Source of the DNA: Chrysomallon squamiferum
Taxonomy: Eukaryota; Animalia; Mollusca
NCBI GenBank assembly: GCA_012295275.1
Contig: CM022677.1
Span: 6,696,001-6,760,000 of the forward strand
Direction of reading: 5' to 3'
Length of the DNA stretch: 64,000 nt
Positions 43,101 through 57,212 of this stretch are shown in pieces. The notes beneath the pieces are model-generated. The model made no database searches and was not told the origin of the DNA. It saw only the letters and a program-made list of their open reading frames with translations. The translations under genes were made by a program, and so were the position numbers. Numbering within the stretch: position 1 is the first letter of the stretch; each line of letters begins with the position of its first letter.

Positions 43101-46036
43101 TATGTCTTGAACTGACTCACTGACACAATGCTACATATCACACTTTGTAATATAGTCACGATGAACGGCCTTGAACAAACAGATTGACTTGCAGGATGGT
43201 ACATACCACATTCTGTAATACTAGACAGGATCCACTGAGTTGAACAAACGCTCTGACAGGACACTACATACCAGAGTCTGAAATATAGCAGGCACGATGC
43301 ACTGCCTTGAACAAACAGACTGACTTGCAGGATAGTACATATCACATTCTGTAATACTAGACACGATGCACTGCCTTGAACAAACATACTCACTGACAGG
43401 ATAGAACATACCACAGTATGTAATACTAGATACAGTGCATTGCGTTGAACAAACAGACTCACTGACATGGTAGTACATACCAAAGTCTGTAATATAGTTG
43501 ACACGATGCACTGCCTTGAACAAACAGACTGGCAGGATAGCACATACTATAATACTAGACACGATGCACTACCTTGAACAAACAAACTCACTGACAGGAT
43601 AGTACATACCACAGTCTGTAGGATAATAGACACGATGCACTGACTTGAACAGACTCACTGACAGGTTAGTACATAGCACAGTCTGTAATATAGTAGACAA
43701 GATTCACTGCCTTGAAGAAACAGACTCCCTGGTAGGATAGTACATACCACAATCTGTAATATACTAAACACGACGAATTGCGTTGAGCAAACAGACCCAC
43801 TGACAGGTTAGTACATACCACAGTCTGTAATATGGTAGTCACGATGCATTGCCTTGAACAAACAGACTCACTGACAGGTTAGTACATACCACAGTCTGTA
43901 ATATGGTAATCACGATGCACTGCCTTGAACAAACATACTCACTGACAGGGTAGTACATACCAGAGTCTATAATACTAGATACAGTGCACTACCTTGTACA
44001 AACAGACTCACTGACAGGATAGTACATACCACAGTCTATAATACTAGATACAGTGCACTACCTTGTACAAACAGATTCACTGACAGGGTAGTACATACCA
44101 CAGTCTATAATACTAGATACAGTGCACTACCTTGTACAGACTCACTGACAGGGTAGTATATACCACAGTGTGTAATATAATAGACAGGATGCACTTCCTT
44201 GACCAGACTCACTGACAGGATAGTAGATACCAGTCTGTACGATACTAGGCACGATGCACTGACTTGAACATACTCACTGATAGGATAGTAAATCCGATAA
44301 TCTGTAATATACTAGGCACGATGCACTGCCTTGAACAAACAGACTGACTGGCAGGATAGTATATACCACATTCTGTAATACTAGACACGATCCACTGACT
44401 TGAACAGACTCACTGACAGCATAGTACATACCACAGTCTGTAGTAATACTAGACACGATGCTCTGCCTTGAACAAACAGACTCACTGACAGGACAGTACA
44501 TACCACAATCCGTAGGATACTAGACACGATGCACTGACTTGAACAGACTCACTGACAGCATAGTACATACCACAGTCTGTAGTAATACTAGACACGATGC
44601 ACTGCCTTGAACAAACAGACTCACTGACAGGACAGTACATACCACAATCCGTAGGATACTAGACACGATGCACTGACTAGAACAGACTCTCTGACAGGAC
44701 AGTACAGACCACAGTCTGAACTAGACACGATACACTGCCTTGAACAAACAGACTGTCTGAAAGGATAGTACATTCCACAGTCTGTAATATAGTAGACACG
44801 ATGCACTGCCTTGAACAAACAGACTCACTGACAGGATAGTACATACCACAGTCTGTAGTATACTAGACATGATGCACTGACTTGAATATACTCACTGACA
44901 AGATAGTACATCCCACAATCTGTAATATACTAGGCACGATGCACTGCCTTGAACAAACAGACTCACTGACAGGATAGTACATACCACAGTCTGTAATACT
45001 AGATACTAGACACGATGCTATGTCTTGAACTGACTCACTGACACAATGCTACATACCACACTTTGTAATATAGTAGTCACGATGAACGGCCTTGAACAAA
45101 CAGATTGACTTGCAGGATAGTACATACCACATTCTGTAATACTAGACAGGATCCACTGAGTTGAACAAACGCACTGACAGGACATTGCATACGAGAGTCT
45201 GTAATATAGCAGGCTCGATGCACTGCCTTGAACAAACAGACTGACTGGCAGGATAGTACATACCACATTCTGTAATACTAGACACGATCCACTGACTTGA
45301 ACAGACTCACTGACAGCATAGTACATACCACAGTCTGTAGTTATACTAGACACGATGCACTGCCTTGAACAAACAGACTCACTGACAGGATAGAACATAC
45401 CACAGTCTGTAGTATACTAGGCACGATGCACTGCGTTGAACAAACAGACTCACTGACAGGATAGTACATACCACAGTCTGTAGTATACTAGGCACGATGC
45501 ACTGCCTTGAACAAACAGACTCACTGACAGGATAGAACATACCACAGTATGTAATACTAGATAGAATGCATTGCGTTGAACAAACAGACTCACTGACAGG
45601 ATAGTACATACCACAGTCTGTAATATACTAGACACGATGCACTGCCTTGAACAAACAGACTCACTGACAGGATAGTACATACCACAGTCTGTAATATACT
45701 AGACACGATGCATTGCCTTGAACAAACAGACTCAATGACATGGTAGTACATACCATAGTCTATAATATAGTTGACACGATGCACTGCCTTGAACAAACAG
45801 ACTCACTGGCAGGATAGTACATACCACAGTCTGTAATACTAGATACAGTGCATTGTCTTGAAGAAACAGACTCGCTCACAGGATAGTACATACCATATGT
45901 GACATGTTACTATATATCACCGTCTATAATATAGTATTCACGATGCACTGCCTTCAACAAACAGACTCACTGGCAGGATAGTACATACCACAGTCTGTAG
46001 TATACTAGGTACAGTGCACTGCCTTGAGCAAACAGT
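37196..46036. repeat. 8.8-kb tandem array of a 71-bp satellite (variants ~62-74 bp, roughly 125-130 monomers) with higher-order repeats
   Basis: Consensus AACAAACAGACTCACTGACAGGATAGTACATACCACAGTCTGTAATATACTAGACACGATGCACTGCCTTG; period 71 (45581 to 45652). Diagnostic variants recur at +2499 and +3866. Confidence 0.97.
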
Positions 46037-46924
46037 CATCCATATTGAATTGTGGGCGGGAGTGGGTGAATAGTAAAGATATAAAATCACAGTAGTTACA
46101 CCTTTCATCTTCAAATTCCAAAATAATTTCATTAAGAAATTACATAAGAACCTTACCAAACTCAGAATCAGCTAGTCAACTAACCTAAACTCAGTCAAAT
46201 TCAAACACAAACTAAGCACTACTCCAAACTGTAGCTATGGAATTTCTAAAACCATGAAACATTACTTATTTCTATGTCCACATTTTTCCAGTGAACAGAT
46301 TTGCTCATAGTTCAATAATCTCGATGTATTGGCTTACCTTATTTTGCCATCTAAAATGAAATACAAAAATTCTTTATTAATTAAAATAGCCAGAAAAAGT
46401 GAGTCCTAGTTATTCAAATCAGCTGGTAATACATTTTCAAACAAACTGTTGTTTGTTTTGTTTTTTTAATTCCGAGTAAGTAACCATACTGGAATTGAAA
46501 AGAAAAACAATATCAAATACAAGGTTATAGAGTTATCTCCCATGATAACTTGTTCCGTTAACCAACCGATCATTCTTTAACCTGACTGTGTAAAAGTTCG
46601 CTAGATTTGTTCGTTGGCTTCACTTTAGCGAACTAATACTTGAATTAGTAAGGAAAAACAATAGCAAACTCTTGCTGATAGTTATCGCCTGTGATAAACT
46701 GTTTTGTTAACCAACCGATAACTCTATAACTCTGGCTTCACTTTAGCATTAATGTGTTGTTGTTGTTTTTTTGCACGACTAATGCATAGTGTTTTTAACA
46801 TCCCAGTCGCCTAAACGGAACTTTGGTCACCTATTGGATTCAAAAGATATAGCTCTACATGTAACACAAGCGACATATAGCATAGACCCCACTGTAATAG
46901 CCGCAACCCAGCACTAAATCTTCC

Positions 46925-47268
46925 TAAACATCTCCTCGATAATGAGAACCGTAAGTGAGAATGTTCATCCAGTGATCACTTCTCTCCTTCCATTTACTTG
47001 TTGTCCTTTTATTGAGACAGACCGGATGACAGACATCATCACAAGATGTAAATGCTGCTCCTGTATGACGCTCATCTAGGTCACGAGCTGGTCAGCATAG
47101 TAATCCTCATGACCTACCCCTCTCTGCAGTTGTTCTGAAAAGTAAGTCAGAAACTGTTTCTGAAAACTCTCCTCAAACTGTTTGAGATTTTGCTCAAGTA
47201 CTTTTGACTCAGTTGCTGCTGCAGGGTAACAGAGGCAGTTCGTTACTGAGGACAGTCACATGTTCTGC
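46925..47268 (-). pseudogene. Decayed coding fragment, tentatively Niban/FAM129-like with PH-domain ends
   Basis: Reads PAAATESKVLEQNLKQFEESFQKQFLTYFSEQLQRGVGHEDYYADQLVT*, then in a shifted frame CLNKRTTSKWKER-SDHWMNILTY. This resembles the recalled Niban N-terminus and the PH-domain KWKER and W-helix motifs. Confidence 0.3.
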
Positions 47269-47365
47269 GTGTGTGTGTGTGAGACAGAGACGTCACAGAT
47301 TTTATTACATAATACAAATTATTATTAAATGTTTTTTTATTATTATTAAATGTTTCACGTAAGAG

Positions 47366-47540
47366 ACATAACTCTAATCTATGTTTGTGAACACATATCA
47401 CTAAAGGGAAATAATTATAATCGATGTAATTTTTACTTTGCTTAGTGAGTACATCTCACCTAAGGGACATATCTCTAAACTATGTTTGTGAACACATATC
47501 ACTAAAGGGAGATAACTATAATCGATGTAATTTTTACTTG
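47366..47540. repeat. ~102-bp local tandem duplication
   Basis: CTATGTTTGTGAACACATATCACTAAAGGG.ATAA.TATAATCGATGTAATTTTTACTT occurs twice. Confidence 0.85.
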
Positions 47541-47669
47541 ACGGAGTAAACTCCCCCCACTACCGGTGATACGTCAAGGCTTTTTATATATACATTATAT
47601 ATATATTACTATTATTGTTATTGGTAGTAGTAGTAGTAGTATTAGTAGTAGTAGTAGTTGTAGTAGTTG

Positions 47670-48725
<1,056 letters not shown>

Positions 48726-48984
48726 AGTGTATGTACTTATGACATATAAATATCTCCCTCTGGCTTTCTTACTCTCTCTCTCACTCTCCGGATTACTCTA
48801 ATCAGATGGATTATTTTATTTTACCAGATATTATGTGATAATTAAGTATTATAGGTTCTGTGATTAATGTGCTCTTTAATGGAAAATATTATAGACACTT
48901 CTTGGCCCCCATATTTGGTGATGAAATCAATGGTTTGGGCATTGATGTAGTCTATTCTGAGTTTTATTTAAGTTTTTTGAAACA

Positions 48985-49479
48985 GTTGAAAGTCCACGGT
49001 TCATCTGGTGAGGCACGTTGTCAAACTTCAAATAAAATCAAAAGGATGAGGTATGCCGAGGCATTGTCAGAGGAAGAAAGTGTCAAGAGGTACGAAGAAG
49101 AGTTGGCAGAGAAGAAGAAGAAGGAGGAAGAAAAGGGAAGGAAAGCAAATGTTTTAGAGGCAAAATTACAACAAAAAAAAACGAATAGAAGATATCAAAG
49201 TCAAAACGGCAGTTCAATTTGAATGCTACAGCAGAACCGGTGGATGCAGCCAAAGAAAACGTTGATGGTGAGTCTGAACTAGAAGACAGAGATGTAGTAG
49301 ATACACAAGACAAATGTGAATTCTGTGGCAGAGTTGATGATGGAATGAATTCTGATGAGTTCATAGGATGTGAGGGGTGCCCAAATTGGTATTGTCTTGA
49401 TTCTTGAAATCTTGAAATCCCAGCTGGTGCAGACTTTAAAGATATTGTATTCTTGTGTGATATTTGTCAAGGAGTTTAG
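48985..49479 (+). mobile_element. Decayed C-terminus of a pogo/Fot1-like (DDE_1) transposase with a PHD finger
   Basis: A Lys/Glu-rich coil (AEALSEEESVKRYEEELAEKKKKEEEK) and an acidic linker precede CEFCG...EFIGCEGCPNWYCLDS*...FLCDICQGV*. There is a frameshift and a stop. This architecture is typical of invertebrate pogo-type transposase tails; no DDE domain or TIR is seen. Confidence 0.55.
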
Positions 49480-51565
49480 TTTATTTTCAGTTTTCAGTTT
49501 GACTTGTATTATGATTAGGACTAATTATTTTAAATAATATTAATATGTTGTTGTTTTTATCGTTAATATCGTTATATCAGTATTACGGTCATCATTATAA
49601 AGAAAGAAACAATTATAAACAAATAAACAGATAGAGAGATAGACACATACACAGACACAGACACACACACATAGAAAAGAAATAGTTTGGTATACGTGTT
49701 TGTCTTAGAGGATAGTTCATATCAGTGAGAGGTTGTTTATGTATATAGTTAAATAACAGACAGATATATGCATTGATGGACATAGAGATAGATAGACATT
49801 TTACATTTCATAGGCAAATGAACTTGTAAGAAAATGTTTGTACATGCATTATTATATAATATCACATTAACCTCGCTTTTAACAACTTTTCTTTTATTCG
49901 TCATTTTAATTATTCAGTTCAGTTTTGGGTTTTTCTATCTGTCTGTGTGTCTGTATGTGTGTCTCACTCTCCATCTATTTGTCTGTCTATCTATCTATCC
50001 ACCTACTTATCTAACTTTCAGATTACAGTGATAAGTGCAGGTGTCGCTGTAATTAAAACTTCAGTAAAAGAAATGATAAACACTGCAGAAAACATTGATA
50101 ATAAAGCAGCGATGATATTTTATCTGACTGGGAGAGGTTCTGTGTATGCCTAAAATACTGAAGGATCTTAGATATTAATATTAACATTAATAAATGTATT
50201 TATGTATTTATTTGTCCCTGTAAACGGCAACTGAAATTTCCTTTGTATTGCAGTAATGAAAAAAATTGTTGTTGTTATTATGATGAACGCTGTTTACCAT
50301 ATATAATGGAACTGAACGACAATATTTACAGTTTATTTGCTTCAACCAGACCTGTTTATACTAATACATACAAATTCAGCGAAAGAACCGTAATATTTTA
50401 CATTTACATATAGCTCTCTAGATTATATCTAGTTGAATATTAATTGTCTAATTTTCAATTTAATTTTTAGGGGAGATAATAGAATTTCACTTTCTACAGT
50501 TAATTAAGAATTAATCTGTAACAGCGCAGTATATTTACAGAACTTGTGTTATAATAAACAAGATTCATCTCGCGCATCCTCGCCTTTTCACTTTACTTTT
50601 AATAATAAAAACGTCTATTAATGTTTCTCTATATTCTAAACTTTTCTAGTATTTAAGAAAGATGAACTTGCAAATATCAATAACATGGTGAAGTTCATTC
50701 ATCTTAATCTAGCCTCTCACCTCTCAACTGCAATTCTACTATCTTAATAAAAAAAATAAAAAAAACAGAATTATTCGCATTATTAAACGTTGATTCATTA
50801 TTGAACTTGTTAGATACGTTATACCTGTTAATGAAAAATTAAGCTTATTATTTATTTATTTATTTATTTATTTATTATGCAAAATAAAATTATCTAATAT
50901 TGTTAATGAAAAACAATAATACCTCTATTTATCAATACACTGTGTTTTCAATATATAATATTACCGCTACGCCTCTGTTAAAAACATAAAATACTGATGA
51001 CTTATTTTCATAACGCCGTGTGAAATGACTCCTACTTAGCTGTTCTGTGAAACAAGTTCTGTTAATAAAAATCGCATTAGTATGGAAGCGTTCTCGATAT
51101 TCTAATATAATTCTACTGTTGTTTATAAAAACACGCTAATCTGGAAGCCCAATCTACTTTTCTGAATGGTCACTGTGTTTTCGCAGTAAAATTACACCTG
51201 TAATGTTTACTATAATGCTACAGTACACACATAAAACAAGAACAACAACGACAACGACAACAACAATAGTAATGTAAAGAAAAGAACATTTTAATCTTTA
51301 TTCGATTTCTTTACTTCTCAATATCCGTAAGACTTCAAACGTTAACATCATCGCTCCAGTCTGGATGTCAGTATATTTTATGACGTAGCTATAGCTTCAC
51401 ACAGACAAGTACACTGGAGATATCCACTTTTCAATCCTGTTCATTGACAAACAGAAAATGATGTTGTATTTTTGTATTTATTTATATTTTTGTTTACATA
51501 AAAATAAAAAGGTGAAAATGAGCCAGACATTTATTTGAGAAGCTCAATGAAGAATAATAATAATA

Positions 51566-51619
<54 letters not shown>

Positions 51620-51644
51620 TAAAAATAATAATAATAATAATAAT

Positions 51645-51730
<86 letters not shown>

Positions 51731-52459
51731 AAAATTATGGCTTACATTTATTATAAGTTATTATGTATAAAATGTCACATTTTTCTACAGTTAAAACTAA
51801 ATCTTTGAAACTGTGAATTGAAAAAAAAAATAAAACATAAAATGCTGCAGGGAAATAGAGAGTTATGTACCCTTTTTTGAACAGTAGCTGACGAGTTGAT
51901 AGATGGCTTATATTCTACTGGAATAATTTAGAAACTGAGAAATATAGATTACCAGATTCATGTTTTCAATACATATTATTACCGCTACGCCTCTGTTAAC
52001 AAACATAAAACATGTAACATAAATAGTGATGGCGGTTCTTATTTTCATAACGTCGTGTAAAATTACTCGTACTTAGCTTTTCAGTGAAACATGTGTTAAT
52101 AGTAAAATCACACCAGTAATGTTTGGGATCGAATACTGTTTTTTCGTGGGGTGTTTTTCGTTTTTTTTTTCTCTTCCTGACAGAAGTAGTAATAGAAGAA
52201 AGTATCATTTTTAAATTCCTGGCAAAGCGTTGGGTATATTTTAGAAATATACTTTTTCTAAGCTGGTGTCAGTGAGGTGGAGAAAGATGAAGGTGAATTT
52301 CATTAATTACACCACAGATTGTGCTTTTAATTAGTGTTCTGGTAATTAATATTTATTAAGTATATTTTAAGAAATGTGTTACTTTTCGTCCTGTACAACG
52401 GCGAGTGTTTTGTGAAGAAACGTTTGGGTGAAACTTGTGAAGACAAGTCGGACTGTACA

Positions 52460-53400
52460 GACGTGTAGCTGACTGTCTGGATAACACGTGTTTCATTAAA
52501 AAAAATCCTTTTGCCAGTTTTTTCTTCCAAAATCAGTGTCGAGTCATGATAAAAATCGTATTGGAGTAATTACTGAAACACGAAATTTTGACGTACAATG
52601 TATTTTTCTAGATATAATTTGTGACACTGGACAGAGTTTATGTTCTATAAACAAATAAGATTTCAGATCTCTATGAATAAACTGAGGTTCAGTCAAAAAT
52701 ATCATGATCTAGTGTAATGAATATATGCCTGAAATAATCATTTTATTTCTTTTTTGACTTTTTTCTTTTTCCCTTGTTTCAGTAGTCTTTCTTAATTATT
52801 ATTTTATTTATCATTTTAATTAGTATTATTGTAGTTTTTGTTGTGTTTACAAAAATAATTAAATAAATCAGTTCAGACTGATATTTTAAAAGTTTCTGGT
52901 GAGATTTTATTGATAACCGGAGAAGAAACATTAAGATGTACTTGATAGTAAAGATGTTATTGTTATATTTTAATCGGATGAAACAAACGATATATTTCTT
53001 CTAGCTAACTAAAAATATCCTCGTATCTCATCAAACACCAGTTCAGGAGGACAGGCATGTTTTCTATGATGTAACTTACTAACTTTGTAAGATTTCTCCT
53101 AGTAGAATAAAATGTAACTAAGTGAAATTATCTGTATTTTTTTTTATATTCATTTCAAAATGTTCACCTTTTCCTCTATTTTTTATTTAACATTATCTTT
53201 TTTTTTTTTTATTTAACCTTTTTATTTTCATAAATGATAGAAAATTAATTGCAAAAGTAATTTAAAATAATTAATTTTAAAAAACAATGACATTTAAAAT
53301 GAAGTTTTATAGGAGATACACAGAAAGTATATAAACTGTTAGGGAGATGTACATAAAGAAATTGTTGAAGTTGTATAGAAATATTGGATTGGTAGAGAAA

Positions 53401-53448
<48 letters not shown>

Positions 53449-53923
53449 AAGGAAATTTGTGTTTTGTATGTTTCCAGAGGAGAAATAGATGCAGACATAG
53501 AGAGACAGATGTGAATGTGAAAGGATGAGTTGGTACATACATGTTATCTGTGAGAAAGAGTTAATGTGTTCATTGTCAAATAAACTGCTGCATGTGAAAG
53601 ACAGTGTCCTTGTTTATGTAAAAATAAATACAAGTTCCAAGTGTTTTGTTTGTTGTTATCTTTCACAAAAAAACACAGAAAAAAATGATATAAAAATAGA
53701 GATAAAAAACAGAATTATTAATTGGATTATTTTAATGATTTATTATTATATTATTGTCCCGATTTTAAATTGTTGTATTAACATTGAAAGATACTTGAAA
53801 ATAGCTGAAATTAATCAGATTAAAAAAATAATTTTAGCACAATTAAAACCAAGTATTTTTTAAAACAGATTTGCAGTAATTTTTATTTTAAAGAAAATGA
53901 AAATGAAATTATCTATGTCTATC

Positions 53924-53959
<36 letters not shown>

Positions 53960-54160
53960 TTTAAAAAAATTTAAAAAATTTAAAATTTAATTTGTTTGAT
54001 GGCTTCATTATGACAATCTATGACATCAAATAAAAGTGAAATGGGTTCATGATAAAAAATCTTAAAGACATATGTCACATTAATTCATTATTATAATGCA
54101 TTGTTAGAAAAGCTCGAGATTTATAGTGTATATAGAAAAATTCATTGTTTTTACTCAAGG
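52460..54160 (+). repeat. Blocks B then A (paralogs of 28200-28710 and 26585-27605, order swapped)
   Basis: Same anchors as the partner blocks. Confidence 0.9.
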
Positions 54161-55197
54161 GACAAATCGAAAAAAAAAGTTTTCTGCAAAATAGGAATTT
54201 TACAGTAATTAATTAAGAAATAATAACAAACAAACCAGCTTTAATTTTCGTTCTGGTTGGAAACATATTAAATACAAAATTGTACTTAATTTTTTAAAGA
54301 GATTAATATTATTTTTTTTTTTTTTTATTTATTTATTTTTTTTTTTTTTAAAGATTCCTTATTGAAATAATTCTAAAATGGGAAAGGCAAATTATAAAAA
54401 CTGGCAGAAATGTCTAAACAAAAATAACTGAATATTTAAGTTTTATTATCTAGACAGGTTTTTAAGTAATTTCAACTTGAAGATCATCATGTTTCTTCTA
54501 ATTAAAAACAGCAAAGTCATGGTTAATGCAATCAAAAGTTCAATTTAATTAACAGTTTACATTAAAAATATATTATTATTTTTTTTTTTTTTATTAAAAA
54601 ATTCAAATTACCTCTAATTAGTAAATTATATTTACACTAATTATATTTACACTAATTACCCACAACAAACCCTTGATTTAGCCCTGTTTTAAATACTATA
54701 AAGAAAAACAAATTATTTGGGTTTTTTACGCAAAGTTATAATTACCCCTAATTACATAATATTCAATTATATTTACATTAATTACTCCTAAACCGTTGAT
54801 TTCCCCTGATTTAAATAATATAAAGAAAAAATGGATTTTGTTTTTATAAAAAATTCTAGATTTCATTTTTTTTTTTATAAAAAATCTAATTACCCCTAAT
54901 TAAATATTTTTAGAAATATGTACACAATGATTACATAATTTTAAATATATTTAAACTCATTTTTTACCCCTGCAAAACCTTGAATTTCCCCTGAATTAAA
55001 TAATATAAAAATAAGATCATTATAAAAATTAACACCTCTATGCACTATCACATTAATTTTAGCTTATTTAGAATAACCAAGCACGTATCAGTGATAAAAA
55101 CAGAGCAAGCTGCTGTGAAGTACAATGTGTACACTGGATGTTCTGATCACATTGACAATGCAGTCTCTTGGAGATCACTGAATGTTCAAAATTCAAA

Positions 55198-55365
55198 TTA
55201 CATTTCAGACAGATTTTCTCTTGAAAGTGTTGAGCTTTCTCTGGACAGGGAAGACTGTGATGTAAAAGCATTCTGGTGCTCTAGTGAACCTTTTCTGAAA
55301 ATGTGTCTTACAACATTTTCAACTGAAGTGCTGGCTGAGGCAGCTTGAATCTGTTGTCTAGGATC
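55198..55365 (-). pseudogene. Terminal exon-like coding remnant, unidentified
   Basis: The acceptor ttttgttgtag is followed by DPRQQIQAASASTSVENVVRHIFRKGSLEHQNAFTSQSSLSRESSTLSRENLSEM*. Confidence 0.35.
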
Positions 55366-56169
55366 CTACAACAAAATATAATATTTTAATAAACAAAACA
55401 TAAAATAAAGTGCTAGTATTATTTTTGTTGTCGGCTCTAACTGCATTTCACTGTCTTAGCAAGAAAAATTTTAGTCCATATTTTTATTTTTTCCATCCAA
55501 TTTTAATAATGAAAAAATGATTTTCCATTCTTAATTTCAATCAGTTTAATATTATTTTTAAAATTTGAAATAAAAGGATTAAAAGAGCAATACTTCAGTA
55601 AAATATGTTTTAATATAATTGAATAATTCTATTAATTTGTTAAAATTTGATATTTACACTGTTTTAATATTTTAGTCCAGTTTAAGATGACTGCCAGGAA
55701 TATTAAGTAAATAAACATTTTACACCTATATAGTATTAGACCGTAAGAAAATGGTCTTCTAATACTGTTTCTACTTGAAATATCACATGATGAAAGTACA
55801 TTTGAAATTATTCTTACAATCTTTAGTTAACCTTTAACAACCGTTATAGTTACATCATTCATAATAAAATATTTGATTAATTAAAATATTTGATTAATTA
55901 AAATATTTGATTGTAACATTCTTTCCTGCCACTTTAATATAATTTAATTTTGCCACTAATGAATAAAAACCACAATTATCCTGTGCATTCAGCTAATAGT
56001 TACAATAATGAATCCTGTGTGTATTTAAAATGAAGTTAAAATGTATTTAAAACAAAGACAATGTTGTAAGACACGTGCTCTGTGTGTGTGTGTATAGTAA
56101 CAAAAATAAATAATATAAATCTCAAACAATATGCAAGTTTCTATTTTATTATTTTTTATTAAGAACTAA

Positions 56170-57174
56170 CTAGTTCTGTGAGTCCAGTGTTTAGTGAGAG
56201 CAGTTTTATCAGATAATCCATTACTAGACAGATCTAGTTCTGTGAGTCCAGTGTTTAGTGAGAGCAGTTTTATCAGATAATCCATTACTAGACAGATCTA
56301 GTTCTGTGAGTCCAGTGTTTTCTACTAGAGTCAATGAGAGGAGTTTCAAATCAGTGGAGCCTACACATAGCTCTGAAAATAAATAAATAAATAAATAAAT
56401 AAATAAATGTAATATCACAGTAGATATCAGTAGCTCTGAAATTATAGAGAAATTATTATGAAAAGTAAAATAGTGGCAGATAAAGAAAAGTTAATAAAAT
56501 GACATGATTAAAAAAATAAGAAAAAGCAGATAAAGAAAAAAAAAATGACATGATTAAAAAATAAGAGAGTTTTAAGTTTTGTGTTTTCTTTAAGAGCTGG
56601 ACTGACACAGTGAGAGAAGTAATCATTTCCTAGAGAATTACTCAACACATCCAAATATTCCTGTTTACCAACAACATTTTGACTACACAGTGCTAGAAAC
56701 AAAACACTCAGGTTGTGTATATTAGCAGTAAAAACTGTTAATACAAATTGTTAACATTTATTTATTATTAAAATGTAGTTAGTAGAGGACATCATAATGT
56801 TTTAACAGTAGTAACAGCAGATGTAGTAATACCAGTAGTAGAACTAGTAGAAGCAGTAGCAGTTGTAGTAGTAGTAGTAGTAGTAGTAATTATATTAGTA
56901 ACAGTAGCAGCAGAATTTGTAGTTGTAGTATTAGTGCTAATAGTACCAGGAGTAGTAATAATTGAAGTATTAATAATAGAGTAGTAACAATGGTAGTAGT
57001 TGTAGTATTAGTGGTAATCGTACTAGTAGCAGTAATAGTGGTAATAATTGTAGTATTAGTAGTAACAGTACTAGTTGTAGTAATAGTGGTAATAGTTTCT
57101 AGTATTAGGAAAGCAACAGTAGTAGTAGTAATAGTTTGTAATATTGTTGTCATTATGATTATTGTTATTATTAT

Positions 57175-57212
<38 letters not shown>

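Noticed and set aside
37196-46036. CRISPR-like array, or a tRNA/Pol III tandem array (GTTCAAGGC B-box-like on the minus strand)
   Set aside because: There are no unique spacers because the whole unit repeats, no cas genes, and the context is eukaryotic. No convincing A-box or cloverleaf.
37119-46159. Many Cys/Tyr-rich minus-strand ORFs (DCGMYYPVSESVCSRQCIV...) suggesting a repetitive protein
   Set aside because: They are translations of the 71-bp satellite. The unit is not a multiple of 3, all frames cycle through the same peptides, and stops are frequent.
32342-46857. Inverted hAT-like ends (CAGGGCT...ACCAAAGTTC.GTTT.G..GACTGGGATGTTAAAAA at 32342-32407; reverse copy at 46795-46857) as a 14.5-kb Pack-TE carrying IRAG, RING and the satellite
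   Set aside because: There is no matching 8-bp TSD, and homology to unit 1 continues on both sides of the left end. They are more likely two independent remnants of one MITE family.
53525-53863. 112-aa ORF in block A'
   Set aside because: The paralog at ~27059 has indels that break the frame, the composition is AT-driven, and there is no domain.
55040-55348. 102-aa plus-strand ORF
   Set aside because: It is the antisense shadow of the minus-strand exon remnant at 55198-55365.
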